64,000 nt of DNA from Vulcanimicrobiota bacterium (GCA_963723635.1 CAVRRP010000017.1:11356-75355); one strand, 5' to 3'; counted from the first letter of the stretch, positions 17,838 to 27,963 are shown. Translations and numbers: made by a program. The notes: generated by a model from the letters alone, not told the origin.

Positions 17838-20252
17838 TCAACGCGGCGAGCGCTGCAGGTGCCAGGTCGGGTGGCGCACGCGCTGCACGTGCCGGCTCGA
17901 GATCGCCTTCACGTTCGGATCGATCGTCAGGCCGTACAAGCCCGCGCCGTCGTCTTCCACGAACACCCAGTTGCCGTCGACCACCGGCGCCGCGCGGATG
18001 TGGTCGCCCGTCAGCAGCAGCGGCTTGCCGTTGTTGAGCAGCGCGCCCGTGGCGGCGTCAAGCGCCCACAGCGCGCCGCCGAAGTTCGCGCCGACCGTGG
18101 GTTGGCAGCCGCCGCTGTTATCGATGGTGCACGGCGTGCCGACGAGCACCACGCCGCCGGCGGTGACCGTCGGCGACGAGCGCGGCGGCCCGTTCGCGCC
18201 GGTGTACGCATCCGGTCCGAACGCCGTGTGCCACGCCACCGAGAACGACGTCGAGAAATTGCAGCCGGTGGGCTGGAGCGCGATGAGCCCCGGCGGATCG
18301 ATGGAGCCGCCCGTTGCCGACGTGACGTTCACGTAGAGCAGGCCCGTTGCCGGCGACCACGACGGGTTCGCGATGTTCGAGATGTCGCTCGACGTCGGCG
18401 ACACGCGGAAGCGCGCGACGGGGCCGTTGCTGAAGTCGCGGGTGTCGTACACCACCATCTCGCCGCCTTTGCCTTGTGCGGCCAGCAGCGTGTCGGTGCA
18501 GCCGACCGGCTTGAACAGCACCGGTGTCGCGGCGAAATCGACGTCGTCGAAGTTGCCCTGGCGCCCGCCCGGGTCGTCGCTCGACATCACGGACGACACG
18601 TCGGCCGTCAGCTTGACGATGTTCTCGCCGTAGCCCGCCTGCTCGTTGGTCGTCTGCACGAACGGCGGCAGCGGTCCGACCGGATCGTGCTTGGAATCGG
18701 CGTTGCCGACGCCGGTGTATACCGCGCCGGCGTCGTCGATCGAGACGCCGCCCCAGCCCCACACGCCGCCGCCGCTGTACTGCGTGGTGCCGTCGGCCTT
18801 CCAGGCGGTGTAGAAGACGTGCGGCGAGCCGCTCGCATTCGGGTCGATGGCGGCGACGCGGCCGCGCCACGACGACACGTCGCACGGCGCGCTCGTGCCC
18901 GCGTACACGTATGGATAGCTGTCCGACAAGGTGACCGACGTGTGCGACACGTTGAGCTCGCCGTTGAGCTCCGACGACGCGATCACCACGCTGCCGACGC
19001 GGGTGCCCGTGGCGGCGTTGAGCCGCACGATGGAGGTCGTCGCGGGCGCGTTCACGCCCGTGTTCGCGTTGGCGGCGACGTAGATCGTCTGCGAGCCGGG
19101 ATCGTAGGCGACCGTGCCGCCGATGCCGATCTGCGATGCCGAGCCGCCGTCGCACGCGTACTGCTCGGTCCCCAGCGGCTGCTGCCACACCTGGTTTCCG
19201 GTGAGCGCGTCGAACGCGTACAGCACGCCCAGCGAGCCGCCCACGAACAGCATTCCGGCGTGGTTGGCGAGGTTGGTGGCGAGCACCGGCTGGGTCTGCG
19301 TGTTGTAGTCCCCGCCGTAGAACTGCTGCCAGGCGAGATGGAGCCCGCCGATCGCCGACGGCGTGAACACCGCGGAGCTGGGGTTGAAGCCGTCGCGGTG
19401 GTTGTCGAACCCGTAGGTCTTCCAATCGACGAATGCCGTTGACGGCGGGCCGCCGCTCTTCGGCGTCAGCGTCGCGGTGGTGACGTTCCCCGGCGTGACG
19501 CCGCTCGACGTCGCGCCGATCGTGATCTCGCCGATCGCGGCGCCGTTGTACGACAGCGTCAACCCGGTCGCATCCGCCGGCGACGTGATGGTCGTGCGAT
19601 TGAGCGACGTCGCGCCCGACGTGTCGCTGTCGGTGAGGGTGACCGGGTTGAGGAACGGGTCGCCGACGATCGCGGCACCGGCGGCGTCGAGCATCGTGAC
19701 GGTCAGCGGAATCGTCGACGCGGTACCCTGCTGCGGCGTGCTGTTGGCGAGCGCGATGACGACCTTCGCGACGACGCCGTTGAGCGTGAGCGCAATCGTG
19801 TTCGCGCCGTTCGCGACGACGGCCGTCGTCGTGCTGCCTTGCGAAAGCGGCGTGCCGCCCGCGTTCGGCGCGCCGAAGAGCTCGACGAAGATCGTGTCGG
19901 TGCCGACCGGCGCCGTTGCGGTCACCGTGCACTGCAATCCTTGCGCCGTCGTCGTGCAGCCCTGCGCGCCGGCGCCGACGTTCATCACGACGGGCGTGCC
20001 GCCGTTGACGGTGAGGCGAATGGACTGCGTCGCGCTCGACACGTATTTCGGCCGGCGCAGCACCGCTTGCGTGGACTTCGGCACGAGCAGCGTGAACGTC
20101 ACCGACGCTTGCGCGGGCGGCGGCGTCGCCGTCGGGCCGGGTCCCGGTCCGGGCACGCTCGAGCTGCCTCCGCCACCGCCGCCGCCGCACGCGCACAGCA
20201 GAACAAGCACCGAAAGCGCGGCTGCGCGATACAGACCATGTTGAAACAGCAC
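17838..20252 (-). CDS. Exported lipoprotein with Ig-like N-terminus and PQQ-type beta-propeller
   Basis: Lipobox LCAC-GGGGG; DWKTYGFDNHRDG; LYAFDALTGNQVW and LWALDAATG repeats. Confidence 0.8.
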   Translation of the reverse strand: MLFQHGLYRAAALSVLVLLCACGGGGGGGSSSVPGPGPGPTATPPPAQASVTFTLLVPKSTQAVLRRPKYVSSATQSIRLTVNGGTPVVMNVGAGAQGCTTTAQGLQCTVTATAPVGTDTIFVELFGAPNAGGTPLSQGSTTTAVVANGANTIALTLNGVVAKVVIALANSTPQQGTASTIPLTVTMLDAAGAAIVGDPFLNPVTLTDSDTSGATSLNRTTITSPADATGLTLSYNGAAIGEITIGATSSGVTPGNVTTATLTPKSGGPPSTAFVDWKTYGFDNHRDGFNPSSAVFTPSAIGGLHLAWQQFYGGDYNTQTQPVLATNLANHAGMLFVGGSLGVLYAFDALTGNQVWQQPLGTEQYACDGGSASQIGIGGTVAYDPGSQTIYVAANANTGVNAPATTSIVRLNAATGTRVGSVVIASSELNGELNVSHTSVTLSDSYPYVYAGTSAPCDVSSWRGRVAAIDPNASGSPHVFYTAWKADGTTQYSGGGVWGWGGVSIDDAGAVYTGVGNADSKHDPVGPLPPFVQTTNEQAGYGENIVKLTADVSSVMSSDDPGGRQGNFDDVDFAATPVLFKPVGCTDTLLAAQGKGGEMVVYDTRDFSNGPVARFRVSPTSSDISNIANPSWSPATGLLYVNVTSATGGSIDPPGLIALQPTGCNFSTSFSVAWHTAFGPDAYTGANGPPRSSPTVTAGGVVLVGTPCTIDNSGGCQPTVGANFGGALWALDAATGALLNNGKPLLLTGDHIRAAPVVDGNWVFVEDDGAGLYGLTIDPNVKAISSRHVQRVRHPTWHLQRSPR

Positions 20253-20492
20253 GACATCGTCGTTCTACCCGGTCGGCGCCGCCTCTTTTGAGGCGGGCGT
20301 ACGATCCTGTACGTTCGGGGAGGAAATCGCTGCCGCAGTTCACGCGTGAACGGCGGGATCCGTAATCGAAGTCTCATCGGCGACTCAGGCGTGTCCAATG
20401 CAGCGCGCGCGCCGTGGGCGTACGCTCGACCCACGAATCCGGCGCCCATGCGCCGGATCGAACGACGCACTCTTCGACATGAGGTCAATTCG

Positions 20493-21563
20493 ATGCGCAT
20501 ACCGATTCTCGCGGCGCTCGCCGCCGCGGCGCTCCTCGCAGGATGCGGCGGCGGAGGCGGTACGTCACCGTCCGCACCCTCCGGCATCATCCCGCCCTCG
20601 GGCGGATCATCGCTCAGCCAGCAAGACATCGCGCAATCATCGACCGACGCCGCGTTCGAACCGATCGACACCGGCGAAGCCGACTCCGCGGTCGGCAACG
20701 GAACCCTCGGCGCGTCATCGTCGGCGCGCAGCGCGCAGAGCTTGCCGCACGCGTGCAAGAACCGCACGACGCGCACCAAGACGGTGAACTCCGACGGTTC
20801 CGTCACCGTCGAGACGATCCGCTACTACGACGACGCCTGCACGCAGCCTGAACGCGACGCGGTCGCGGTCTTCGCGTCGAACGGCGGAACGGCGACCGTG
20901 TCGCGCACGGTCACCACGTACAATCTCGCGCACCTGCAGCTCGGCGTGCGCAAAAGCCAGTACGCGCTCACCGGCTCGACCACGAACGGCTCGTGGGTCG
21001 TCACCTCGGCGTTCTACCCCGGCACGTCGGCGTCGCCGATCACGCAGTACGGCCACGCCGCGTCACTGAGCGGGAGCGCGTACACCGCGAACACCGGCCG
21101 CATCGCGAACGACGCGAAGCCGTCGATCGACGCGTCGTACGGACATCAGAGCACCGTGAACGCGACCGTGTCGAACGACGCGTCCGGCGACACGACGTTC
21201 ACGGGCACGCGCAACGGCGCCGCGTTCAAGGGCGCGCTGGGTGCGCTGACGCTGTCGAGCGCGCCGCCGTTCACCGTTTCCGGCGGCAAGCAGCTCGGCA
21301 CGTCCGCCGTGACCGGCGGCGTCACGTTCGACGCCGACGGCGACCTCGCATCCGTGTCGCTCACGGGCACGCTCGTCAACGGCAACAACCTCGTCGTGAC
21401 GAGCTCGGCCGCAGCCAACGGCGCGGTCACGGTCAACGGCACGATCACCACCGCGGCCGGCGCGCCGTTCGCGACGTTCGCGACCGACGCCAGCGGCAAC
21501 GGCATCCTGACCCTCGCGAGCGGAGCGCAGGTCCCCATCGTGGACTGGCACGTCATCTGGTAA
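20493..21563 (+). CDS. Hypothetical Thr/Ser/Gly-rich lipoprotein
   Basis: Lipobox LLAGC-GGGG; GAGG upstream of ATG; beta-strand-rich sequence. Confidence 0.75.
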   Translation: MRIPILAALAAAALLAGCGGGGGTSPSAPSGIIPPSGGSSLSQQDIAQSSTDAAFEPIDTGEADSAVGNGTLGASSSARSAQSLPHACKNRTTRTKTVNSDGSVTVETIRYYDDACTQPERDAVAVFASNGGTATVSRTVTTYNLAHLQLGVRKSQYALTGSTTNGSWVVTSAFYPGTSASPITQYGHAASLSGSAYTANTGRIANDAKPSIDASYGHQSTVNATVSNDASGDTTFTGTRNGAAFKGALGALTLSSAPPFTVSGGKQLGTSAVTGGVTFDADGDLASVSLTGTLVNGNNLVVTSSAAANGAVTVNGTITTAAGAPFATFATDASGNGILTLASGAQVPIVDWHVIW

Positions 21564-21675
21564 AACGCTAAGACGGCGAGCGCGACCGGGCGGACGGCTG
21601 GGAACGCAGCCGTCCGCCTCAGCGTTTGGTGGGTATCCTCGATTTCTCCCTATTTGCAATTATCTCGGAGGACGA

Positions 21676-22062
21676 ATGATCACCAAACGACTCAGCCTGA
21701 TCGCCCTTGCGGCGGCCTTTGCCGTGTCGAGCTCTGCAGCGTTGCTGCAAAGCGCGCGCCCGGCGCTCGCCGACGCCGACGATCACCACCCGCGCCAGAG
21801 CCAGCGTGCCGACCGTGACGACCGTCACTACGCGCGCCAGGATCGCGATGACCGCAATTACCGGCGCACATCCAACAACAACGGCTCCTGGAACAACGGC
21901 CAGTGGCGCTCGAACAATCAGAACGGCTACTGGAACAACAACGGCAACAACCAGAACCGCAACGGGAACTACAACCGCAACCCGAACGGTACGTGGAACA
22001 ACGGCAACCACAACGGCCAGCGCAAACACCGCGACCGGGACCGCGATCACGACCGCCGTTAG
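21676..22062 (+). CDS. Small exported low-complexity (Asn/Gly/Arg/Asp-rich) protein
   Basis: GGAGG RBS, signal peptide ending PALA, NGxWNNG repeats. Confidence 0.75.
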   Translation: MITKRLSLIALAAAFAVSSSAALLQSARPALADADDHHPRQSQRADRDDRHYARQDRDDRNYRRTSNNNGSWNNGQWRSNNQNGYWNNNGNNQNRNGNYNRNPNGTWNNGNHNGQRKHRDRDRDHDRR

Positions 22063-22090
22063 GCGAACCGCGATCGGCCCATGAACCAAA

Positions 22091-22120
22091 GAGCCCCGCA
22101 GCGAACGCGCTGCGGGGCTC
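22091..22120. terminator. Bidirectional intrinsic terminator
   Basis: GAGCCCCGCAGCG...CGCTGCGGGGCTC between convergent genes. Confidence 0.75.
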
Positions 22121-22124
22121 TCGT

Positions 22125-23129
22125 TTAGTGTGCGGTCGTGCGGGTCGGTTCGATCGGGTGCAGCCGCAGATCGCGCGGGCGCAGCTCGTGGCGCGCGTCG
22201 ATCGTGCGCACCGAGCGCGTGTACGTGGAGATCACGATGGACTGCGTGAACGCCGAGCCGCGGCGATAGCGCACGCCGGTGAGAAACTCGCCGTCGGTGA
22301 CGCCGGTCGCCGCGAACAGCGCATCGTCGCTCGCGCACAAGTCGTCCAGCGTCAACGTCTTGGTGATCTCGTGCCCTTCGGCGTGCGCGATCTCTTCGTC
22401 GGCCTCGTCCCGCGGCCATAGCCGCCCCTGCATCTCGCCGCCGAGCGCGCGCGCCGCGCACGCCGCGATCACGCCTTCAGGCGAACCGCCGATGCCGGCG
22501 AGCACGTCGACGTTCGCGCGCTCTTCGAGCACCGCGTAGACGGAGTTGGCGACGTCGCCGTCACCGAACACGCGCACCCGCGCGCCCGCCGCGCGCACGT
22601 GTTTCATCAACGGCTCGTTGCGCGGGCGGTCGAGCAGCGCCACGGTGAGGTCCGACACCTCGCGGCCTTTCGCGCGCGCCAGCAAACGCAGGTTCTCTTC
22701 GAGCGGAAGGTCGATCGAGACGACGCCGCGCCCGGCCGGGCCGGTGACGAGCTTGTCCATGTACGGCACGCGCGTGCGAAACAGCGTCCCGCGCGGCGCC
22801 GCGGCGATCACCGAGATGGCGCCGGGCCCGCCGCGCGACGCCAGGGTCGTGCCGTCGATGGGATCGACGGCGACGTCGAGCGACGGCCCGGAGCCGTTGC
22901 CGATCTCCTCGCCGTGGTAGAGCATCGGCGCTTCGTCCTTCTCGCCCTCGCCGATGACGACGACTCCCGCCAGCGCGGCGTCGCGCAGCGCCGTGCGCAT
23001 CGCCTCGACCGCGGCCCCGTCGACGGCGTTCTTGTCGCCGAGCCCCACGAGCCGGCCGGCGGCGATGGCAGCCGCTTCGGTGGAGCGGACGAAGGCATAC
23101 TCGAGACCATGGGTGTCCATAAGCGGCAT
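22125..23129 (-). CDS. glpX: Class II fructose-1,6-bisphosphatase
   Basis: VVIGEGEKDEAPML, DVAVDPIDGT, GIGGSPEGV, FAATGVTDG motifs. Confidence 0.95.
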   Translation of the reverse strand: MPLMDTHGLEYAFVRSTEAAAIAAGRLVGLGDKNAVDGAAVEAMRTALRDAALAGVVVIGEGEKDEAPMLYHGEEIGNGSGPSLDVAVDPIDGTTLASRGGPGAISVIAAAPRGTLFRTRVPYMDKLVTGPAGRGVVSIDLPLEENLRLLARAKGREVSDLTVALLDRPRNEPLMKHVRAAGARVRVFGDGDVANSVYAVLEERANVDVLAGIGGSPEGVIAACAARALGGEMQGRLWPRDEADEEIAHAEGHEITKTLTLDDLCASDDALFAATGVTDGEFLTGVRYRRGSAFTQSIVISTYTRSVRTIDARHELRPRDLRLHPIEPTRTTAH

Positions 23130-23260
23130 ATTTCCAGGTGCCCGCTTGCTGAAAACCTTCTCGAAAGCAGCCGCCGCGGAAAGAAAGACGCGCGCCTAAC
23201 CGGTCCGCCCGTACGATCGCCATCGCGAAACAAGGGGATCGGCATCCGGCCGAGCGGAAC

Positions 23261-24304
23261 GTGAGGATGATGATTCGTCACCGAACGATCGTCATGTCGT
23301 GCGCGCTCGCGCTCGCCGGTTGTGGTGGGAGCATCGGCTCGAGCGTCCCGTCTGCTGTCGGCCCGCAGCAGGGGCTCGACGCCGCAACGCGCACGACGGA
23401 CGGGTCTCAAAGCGGACACGAACGGTTATACGTCGGCGAAGCGGACCGCGTGCTCGTGTTTCCGCTTCACGCGACGGGAAACGCCGCTCCATTGCACACG
23501 CTGACCGGCGTGAACGCGTACTCCGGCACGGGCGCCCAGGCCGTCAACATTGCGGTTCGGCAGCATGGCGGCCTCACCGTGGCCGTTATGGAAGGTCGGA
23601 GCGCCTCGTACGACTTGGAATTCTATCCGCCGGACGCCGACGGAGCCGTGACGCCGGGTCGGGCGGTACGCGGCATCCCGGGCGTTCCGCTCTCGTTGAT
23701 CGAGCAGGACGACGGTACGGCGGAGTTCGCGGGCATCGGCGATCTCGATACGTTTGGGCACGATGCGAACGGTACGGGGCTTGCTCCGAAACGCGCGCTG
23801 TCGCTGCACTGGGCGCTGGAGCTTGCCGTCGACGCGCAATACAACATCTACGCGTCCAGCCGTTATGCCGACGCCAGCGGGGGAATCGACGTGTACGCCC
23901 CCCATGCAAGCGGCAACGCCGTTCCGACACGATCGATTCGATTCGCCGGAATGCCGCCGTCGGCGACGAGCGAGCCCGGCGAACTTGCAATAGCGCCCGA
24001 CGGAACGATCTACGTCATGGCGCCGCGGGTGAACGACCCCAGCACCGGGACGCTGCTGAGCATCTACGCGTTCGCGCCCGGCGCCGCCGGCACGGTGGCG
24101 CCGAGCCGGACCATCGATCTGCCGAAGTGGGTTGGCGGAGCGATCGCCGTTGACAAGCTGGGCGAGATCATCGTCAACGCCGGGTCAGGCGTCTGGGTCT
24201 ATGACCGCGCAGCATCGAACGGCGCATCACCTATTCGCACGCTGAGCATGCCGGACGGCGGCTTCAGCAGAGGCTGGGTGTACTCACTGGCGGTCGGGCC
24301 CTAG
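23261..24304 (+). CDS. Exported beta-propeller (NHL-like) lipoprotein
   Basis: Lipobox LAGC-GG; repeated AxGxxxPxRxI units and LAVD/LAIAPDG blades. Confidence 0.7.
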   Translation: MRMMIRHRTIVMSCALALAGCGGSIGSSVPSAVGPQQGLDAATRTTDGSQSGHERLYVGEADRVLVFPLHATGNAAPLHTLTGVNAYSGTGAQAVNIAVRQHGGLTVAVMEGRSASYDLEFYPPDADGAVTPGRAVRGIPGVPLSLIEQDDGTAEFAGIGDLDTFGHDANGTGLAPKRALSLHWALELAVDAQYNIYASSRYADASGGIDVYAPHASGNAVPTRSIRFAGMPPSATSEPGELAIAPDGTIYVMAPRVNDPSTGTLLSIYAFAPGAAGTVAPSRTIDLPKWVGGAIAVDKLGEIIVNAGSGVWVYDRAASNGASPIRTLSMPDGGFSRGWVYSLAVGP

Positions 24305-24339
24305 CGAAACCGCGCCCGTTCACGAGCTGACTGCGCTGC

Positions 24340-25473
24340 GTGCACGAGCGTGACATTGCACTGTTCGACGCGATCGCGAGCGCGCTGACCGCGACCGACG
24401 TCGAAGGCGCTCTCGAGGCCGCCCTGCGCGAGATCGTGCGCGCGCTCGACCTTGCCGCCGGCTGGATCTGGATCGTCGATGCGGAGACGGGACGCTTCTA
24501 CCTGGCGGCGGCGCACGAGTTGCCGCCGTACCTGCGCGAGCCCGTGCAGATGACGGGCGATCTGTGCTGGTGCATGGAGTCGTTCGTCGACGGCGACTTC
24601 GATTCGAAGAACGTCGACATCATCGCGTGCTCGCGCTTGCGCCGCGGCGCGCGCGAAGGCGGCGACGCGCTCACCCGCGGCTTGCAGTCGCACGCGTCGG
24701 TCGCGCTGCGCTTCGGCGAGCGGCGTCTCGGGATCATGAACGTCTGCCCGCCGCCGCCGCGGCGTTTGTCTGAAGGCAATCTGCGGCTGCTCGCGGTGAC
24801 CGGCGCGCAGATCGGCCTCGCGGTCGAGCGCGGCCGGCTGGCGGAAGAAGAGGCCAGCTCCGCGCGCTCGGCGGAACGCACGCGGCTGGCGCGCGAGATC
24901 CACGACACGCTCGCGCAAGACCTCACCGCGATCGCGCTGCAGCTCGAAAGTGCGCTGCGCGACCTGCCGCCCGAATCGCCGGCCGCGCAGCGCATCGCCA
25001 CCGCGCTTGACGTCGCGCGCGCTTCGATGACGCAAGCGCGCGCGTCCGTGCTGAGCCTGCGCGCCGATCCGCTCGCCGGGCGGCCGCTGAGCGCGGCGCT
25101 CGCCGCGCTCGCGCGCCGGCTCACGTCGGAGACCGGGATGCGCGTGACGCTGCACGAGCGCGGCGCGACGGCGCTGCCGTACGAGGTCGAAGGCGAGCTG
25201 TTCCGCATCGCGTCCGAAGCGCTCGCCAATGCGCGACAGCACGCGCGCGCGTCGCGCATCGAGGTCGAAGTGCAAGCTGTGGACGATGCGCACGTTGCGC
25301 TGCGCGTGCGCGACGACGGTAAGGGATTCGATCCCGCGGTGCGCGACGACGAGCGTTACGGCCTGCGCGGGATGGAAGAACGCGCGCGGCTCATCGGCGC
25401 AAGCTTTCGGGTCGTCTCCGGCCCGGCGAGCGGCACGCTCGTCGAAGCGATCGTCCCGAAAGCACGCGCATGA
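24340..25473 (+). CDS. GAF-domain sensor histidine kinase (HisKA_3, NarX-type)
   Basis: ERTRLAREIHDTLAQ H-box, EALANARQH, DDGKGF, YGLRGMEERA. Confidence 0.92.
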   Translation: MHERDIALFDAIASALTATDVEGALEAALREIVRALDLAAGWIWIVDAETGRFYLAAAHELPPYLREPVQMTGDLCWCMESFVDGDFDSKNVDIIACSRLRRGAREGGDALTRGLQSHASVALRFGERRLGIMNVCPPPPRRLSEGNLRLLAVTGAQIGLAVERGRLAEEEASSARSAERTRLAREIHDTLAQDLTAIALQLESALRDLPPESPAAQRIATALDVARASMTQARASVLSLRADPLAGRPLSAALAALARRLTSETGMRVTLHERGATALPYEVEGELFRIASEALANARQHARASRIEVEVQAVDDAHVALRVRDDGKGFDPAVRDDERYGLRGMEERARLIGASFRVVSGPASGTLVEAIVPKARA

Positions 25474-26087
25474 TTCGCGTCGCGATCGTCGACGACCATC
25501 CCATCGTCACCGATGGGGTGGTCGCGAACCTGTCCGCGGCGGCCGACATCGAGATCGTCGCGACCGGCGTGAACGCTGACGACGCGGTGACGATCGCCAC
25601 GGCGCACGCGCCCGACGTGCTGATCCTCGACCTGGAGCTCGGCGGGAAAAGCGGGCTGGACGCGATCCCCGGCGTCAAGGCCGCGTCGCCGCGCACGCAC
25701 GTCGTGATCTTCAGCGCATATGCCGGCGAGGAGCGCGTCGCGACGGCGTTCGAGCGCGGCGCCGACTCGTACGTGCTCAAAGGCACGTCGAGCGACGAGC
25801 TCGTCGCGGTCGTGCGCGCGGTCGCCGCGGGCGGCACGCTGATCCCGGCGGAGATCGCGGCGCAGCTCGCGCGCGCGGTCCGCCAGCCGCGCCGCGACCG
25901 CCTCACCGAGCGCGAGCGCGAGATTCTCGCGCTGCTCGCCGAAGGCTTGTCGAACCGCGCCGCCGCCGCACGCCTCGGCATCACCGAACGCACCGTGAAG
26001 TTTCACGTAGCCGAAATCTTGGCGCGCTTGGGGGCGAGCAATCGCGCGCAGGCGGTCGCGATCGCAAAGGCGCGCGGCATCGTATAG
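25470..26087 (+). CDS. NarL/LuxR-family response regulator
   Basis: IVDDHPIV receiver plus LTEREREIL...TVKFHV HTH; ATGA overlap with the kinase. Confidence 0.95.
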   Translation: MIRVAIVDDHPIVTDGVVANLSAAADIEIVATGVNADDAVTIATAHAPDVLILDLELGGKSGLDAIPGVKAASPRTHVVIFSAYAGEERVATAFERGADSYVLKGTSSDELVAVVRAVAAGGTLIPAEIAAQLARAVRQPRRDRLTEREREILALLAEGLSNRAAAARLGITERTVKFHVAEILARLGASNRAQAVAIAKARGIV

Positions 26088-26168
26088 CCGGCCCCTGGCC
26101 GAACGGCCAGGCCGCGGACCGGCCGTCGGAGCGTCGCGGCGTCCGCGCCGCGCGCGTACGCTGGGTGC

Positions 26169-26909
26169 ATGAACGATTACACCTGGTTCGAGCGCGGTCA
26201 CGTTGCGATCGTCACCGGCGCGTCGAAAGGCTTGGGCCGCGCGATCGCGGGCGAGCTCGCGCGGGCGGGGATCTCGCTGGTCATCGACGCGCGCGGCGCG
26301 GACGCGCTCGCGCAAGCCGAGCGCGAGCTGTCGCAGCTCGTGCCCGTCGTCGCGGTTGCCGGCGACGTCGCGGACGGCGCGCACGTCCACGCGCTCGTCG
26401 ACGCCGCCGAACGGCGCTTCGGCCGCATCGATCTCGTCGTCAACAACGCTTCGACCATCGGCCGCTCGCCGCTGCCGGCGCTCGACCAGCTCTCGCCCGC
26501 GACGTGGGACCGCATCTTCACGACCAACGTCTACGCGCCGCTGCACCTCATCCAGCACGCGCTGCCGGTGATGCGCCGCAACGGCGGCGGCACGATCGTC
26601 AACATCAGCTCCGACGCGGCGGTCGAACCGTACGCCGGCTGGGGCGGCTACGGTTCGGCGAAAGCGGCGCTGGAGCACATGTCGCGCATCCTCGCGGCGG
26701 AGCTCGACGGCAGCGGCGTCAGCGTGATCGTCGCCGATCCCGGCGATATGGACACCGACTTGCACCGCGCCGCCGTGCCTGACGCCGACGCATCGCAGCT
26801 CGCGGACCCGCGCGACGTCGCGCCCGCGCTGCTGCGCGCGATCGCAGCGCCGCGCGGCGCGTACACGCGCGTCGCGCTGCAGTCAGCCGGGATTACGGTG
26901 AGCGCGTGA
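26169..26909 (+). CDS. Short-chain dehydrogenase/reductase
   Basis: TGASKGLG, VVNNAS, YGSAK motifs. Confidence 0.93.
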   Translation: MNDYTWFERGHVAIVTGASKGLGRAIAGELARAGISLVIDARGADALAQAERELSQLVPVVAVAGDVADGAHVHALVDAAERRFGRIDLVVNNASTIGRSPLPALDQLSPATWDRIFTTNVYAPLHLIQHALPVMRRNGGGTIVNISSDAAVEPYAGWGGYGSAKAALEHMSRILAAELDGSGVSVIVADPGDMDTDLHRAAVPDADASQLADPRDVAPALLRAIAAPRGAYTRVALQSAGITVSA

Positions 26910-27910
26910 CCGCAGCAGTTTCCTTCACGCTGCCGCCGGCGAACGAAGCGACGACGACGCCGGAGCGGCGCGGTCTCGCGCGCGACGGTGTGCGGCTACT
27001 CGTCACCGACGTCGCACAGCGCACGCAGCACGACGCCGTATTTCGCGAGCTGCCGTGGTTTCTGCGCCGCGGCGACCTGCTGGTGGTGAACGACTCGGCG
27101 ACGCTGCCCGCGGCGCTCGTCGCGCGCCGCGCCGACGGCACGCCGTTCCCGCTGCACCTCTCGACGCAGATCGGCGGCGAGCTGTGGATCGCCGAGCCGC
27201 GCGCACCGGTGTCCGCCGGCGAACGCGCCACGCTCGCCGGCGGCGGCAGCGCGACGTTTCTCTCCCCGGTCGATCCGTCGCACCTTCGGCTCTGGTACGT
27301 CACGCTGTCGATCCCCGCGCCGCTCGACGCGTTTCTCGCGCGGCACGGCATGCCGATCCGCTACCGCTACGTCGCCGAGACGCTGCCGATCGGCAATTAC
27401 CAGACGATCTTCGCGCGCATCCCCGGTTCGGCGGAAATGCCGTCGGCGGGGCGTCCGTTCTCGCAGGGCTCGATCGACGATCTGCGCCGGGCCGGCGTGG
27501 CCGTCGCCGCCATCACGCTGCACACGGGTGTGTCCAGCCCGGAACGGCACGAACGGCCGTACCGCGAGTGGTTCGACGTGTCGGCGCAAACGGCGGCCGC
27601 CGTGAATGCCGCCCGTGACCGCGGCGGGCGCGTGATCGCGGTCGGCACGACCGTCGTGCGGGCGCTGGAGAGCGCGGTCGCCGGCGGCGAAGCGGCGGCG
27701 GCGAGCGGCTGGACCGACTTGATCGTCACGCCGGAACGCGGCGTGGCCGTCGTCGACGGCCTGCTGACCGGGTTCCACGAGCCCGAGGCCAGCCACCTCG
27801 ACCTGCTGCGCGCGTTCGCCGACGACGCGCTGCTCGAACGCGCCTACACGCACGCGCTCGGCGCCGGGTACTTGTGGCACGAGTTCGGCGACGTGCACCT
27901 ACTGCTCTGA
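26906..27910 (+). CDS. QueA-like (SAM:tRNA ribosyltransferase-isomerase family) divergent paralog
   Basis: GDLLVVNDS, YQTIFA, AVGTTVVRALES conserved, but GSAEMPSAGRPF and WHEFGD replace canonical QueA motifs. Confidence 0.85.
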   Translation: MTAAVSFTLPPANEATTTPERRGLARDGVRLLVTDVAQRTQHDAVFRELPWFLRRGDLLVVNDSATLPAALVARRADGTPFPLHLSTQIGGELWIAEPRAPVSAGERATLAGGGSATFLSPVDPSHLRLWYVTLSIPAPLDAFLARHGMPIRYRYVAETLPIGNYQTIFARIPGSAEMPSAGRPFSQGSIDDLRRAGVAVAAITLHTGVSSPERHERPYREWFDVSAQTAAAVNAARDRGGRVIAVGTTVVRALESAVAGGEAAAASGWTDLIVTPERGVAVVDGLLTGFHEPEASHLDLLRAFADDALLERAYTHALGAGYLWHEFGDVHLLL

Positions 27911-27963
27911 CGCGGCGGGTCGGCGCACGCCGCGCATGCAATATCTCGCGCGAGGTACGGGGC

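Noticed and set aside
26906-27910. Assigning the gene symbol queA
   Set aside because: Key canonical motifs are replaced and the context is atypical, so orthology to true QueA is not supported.
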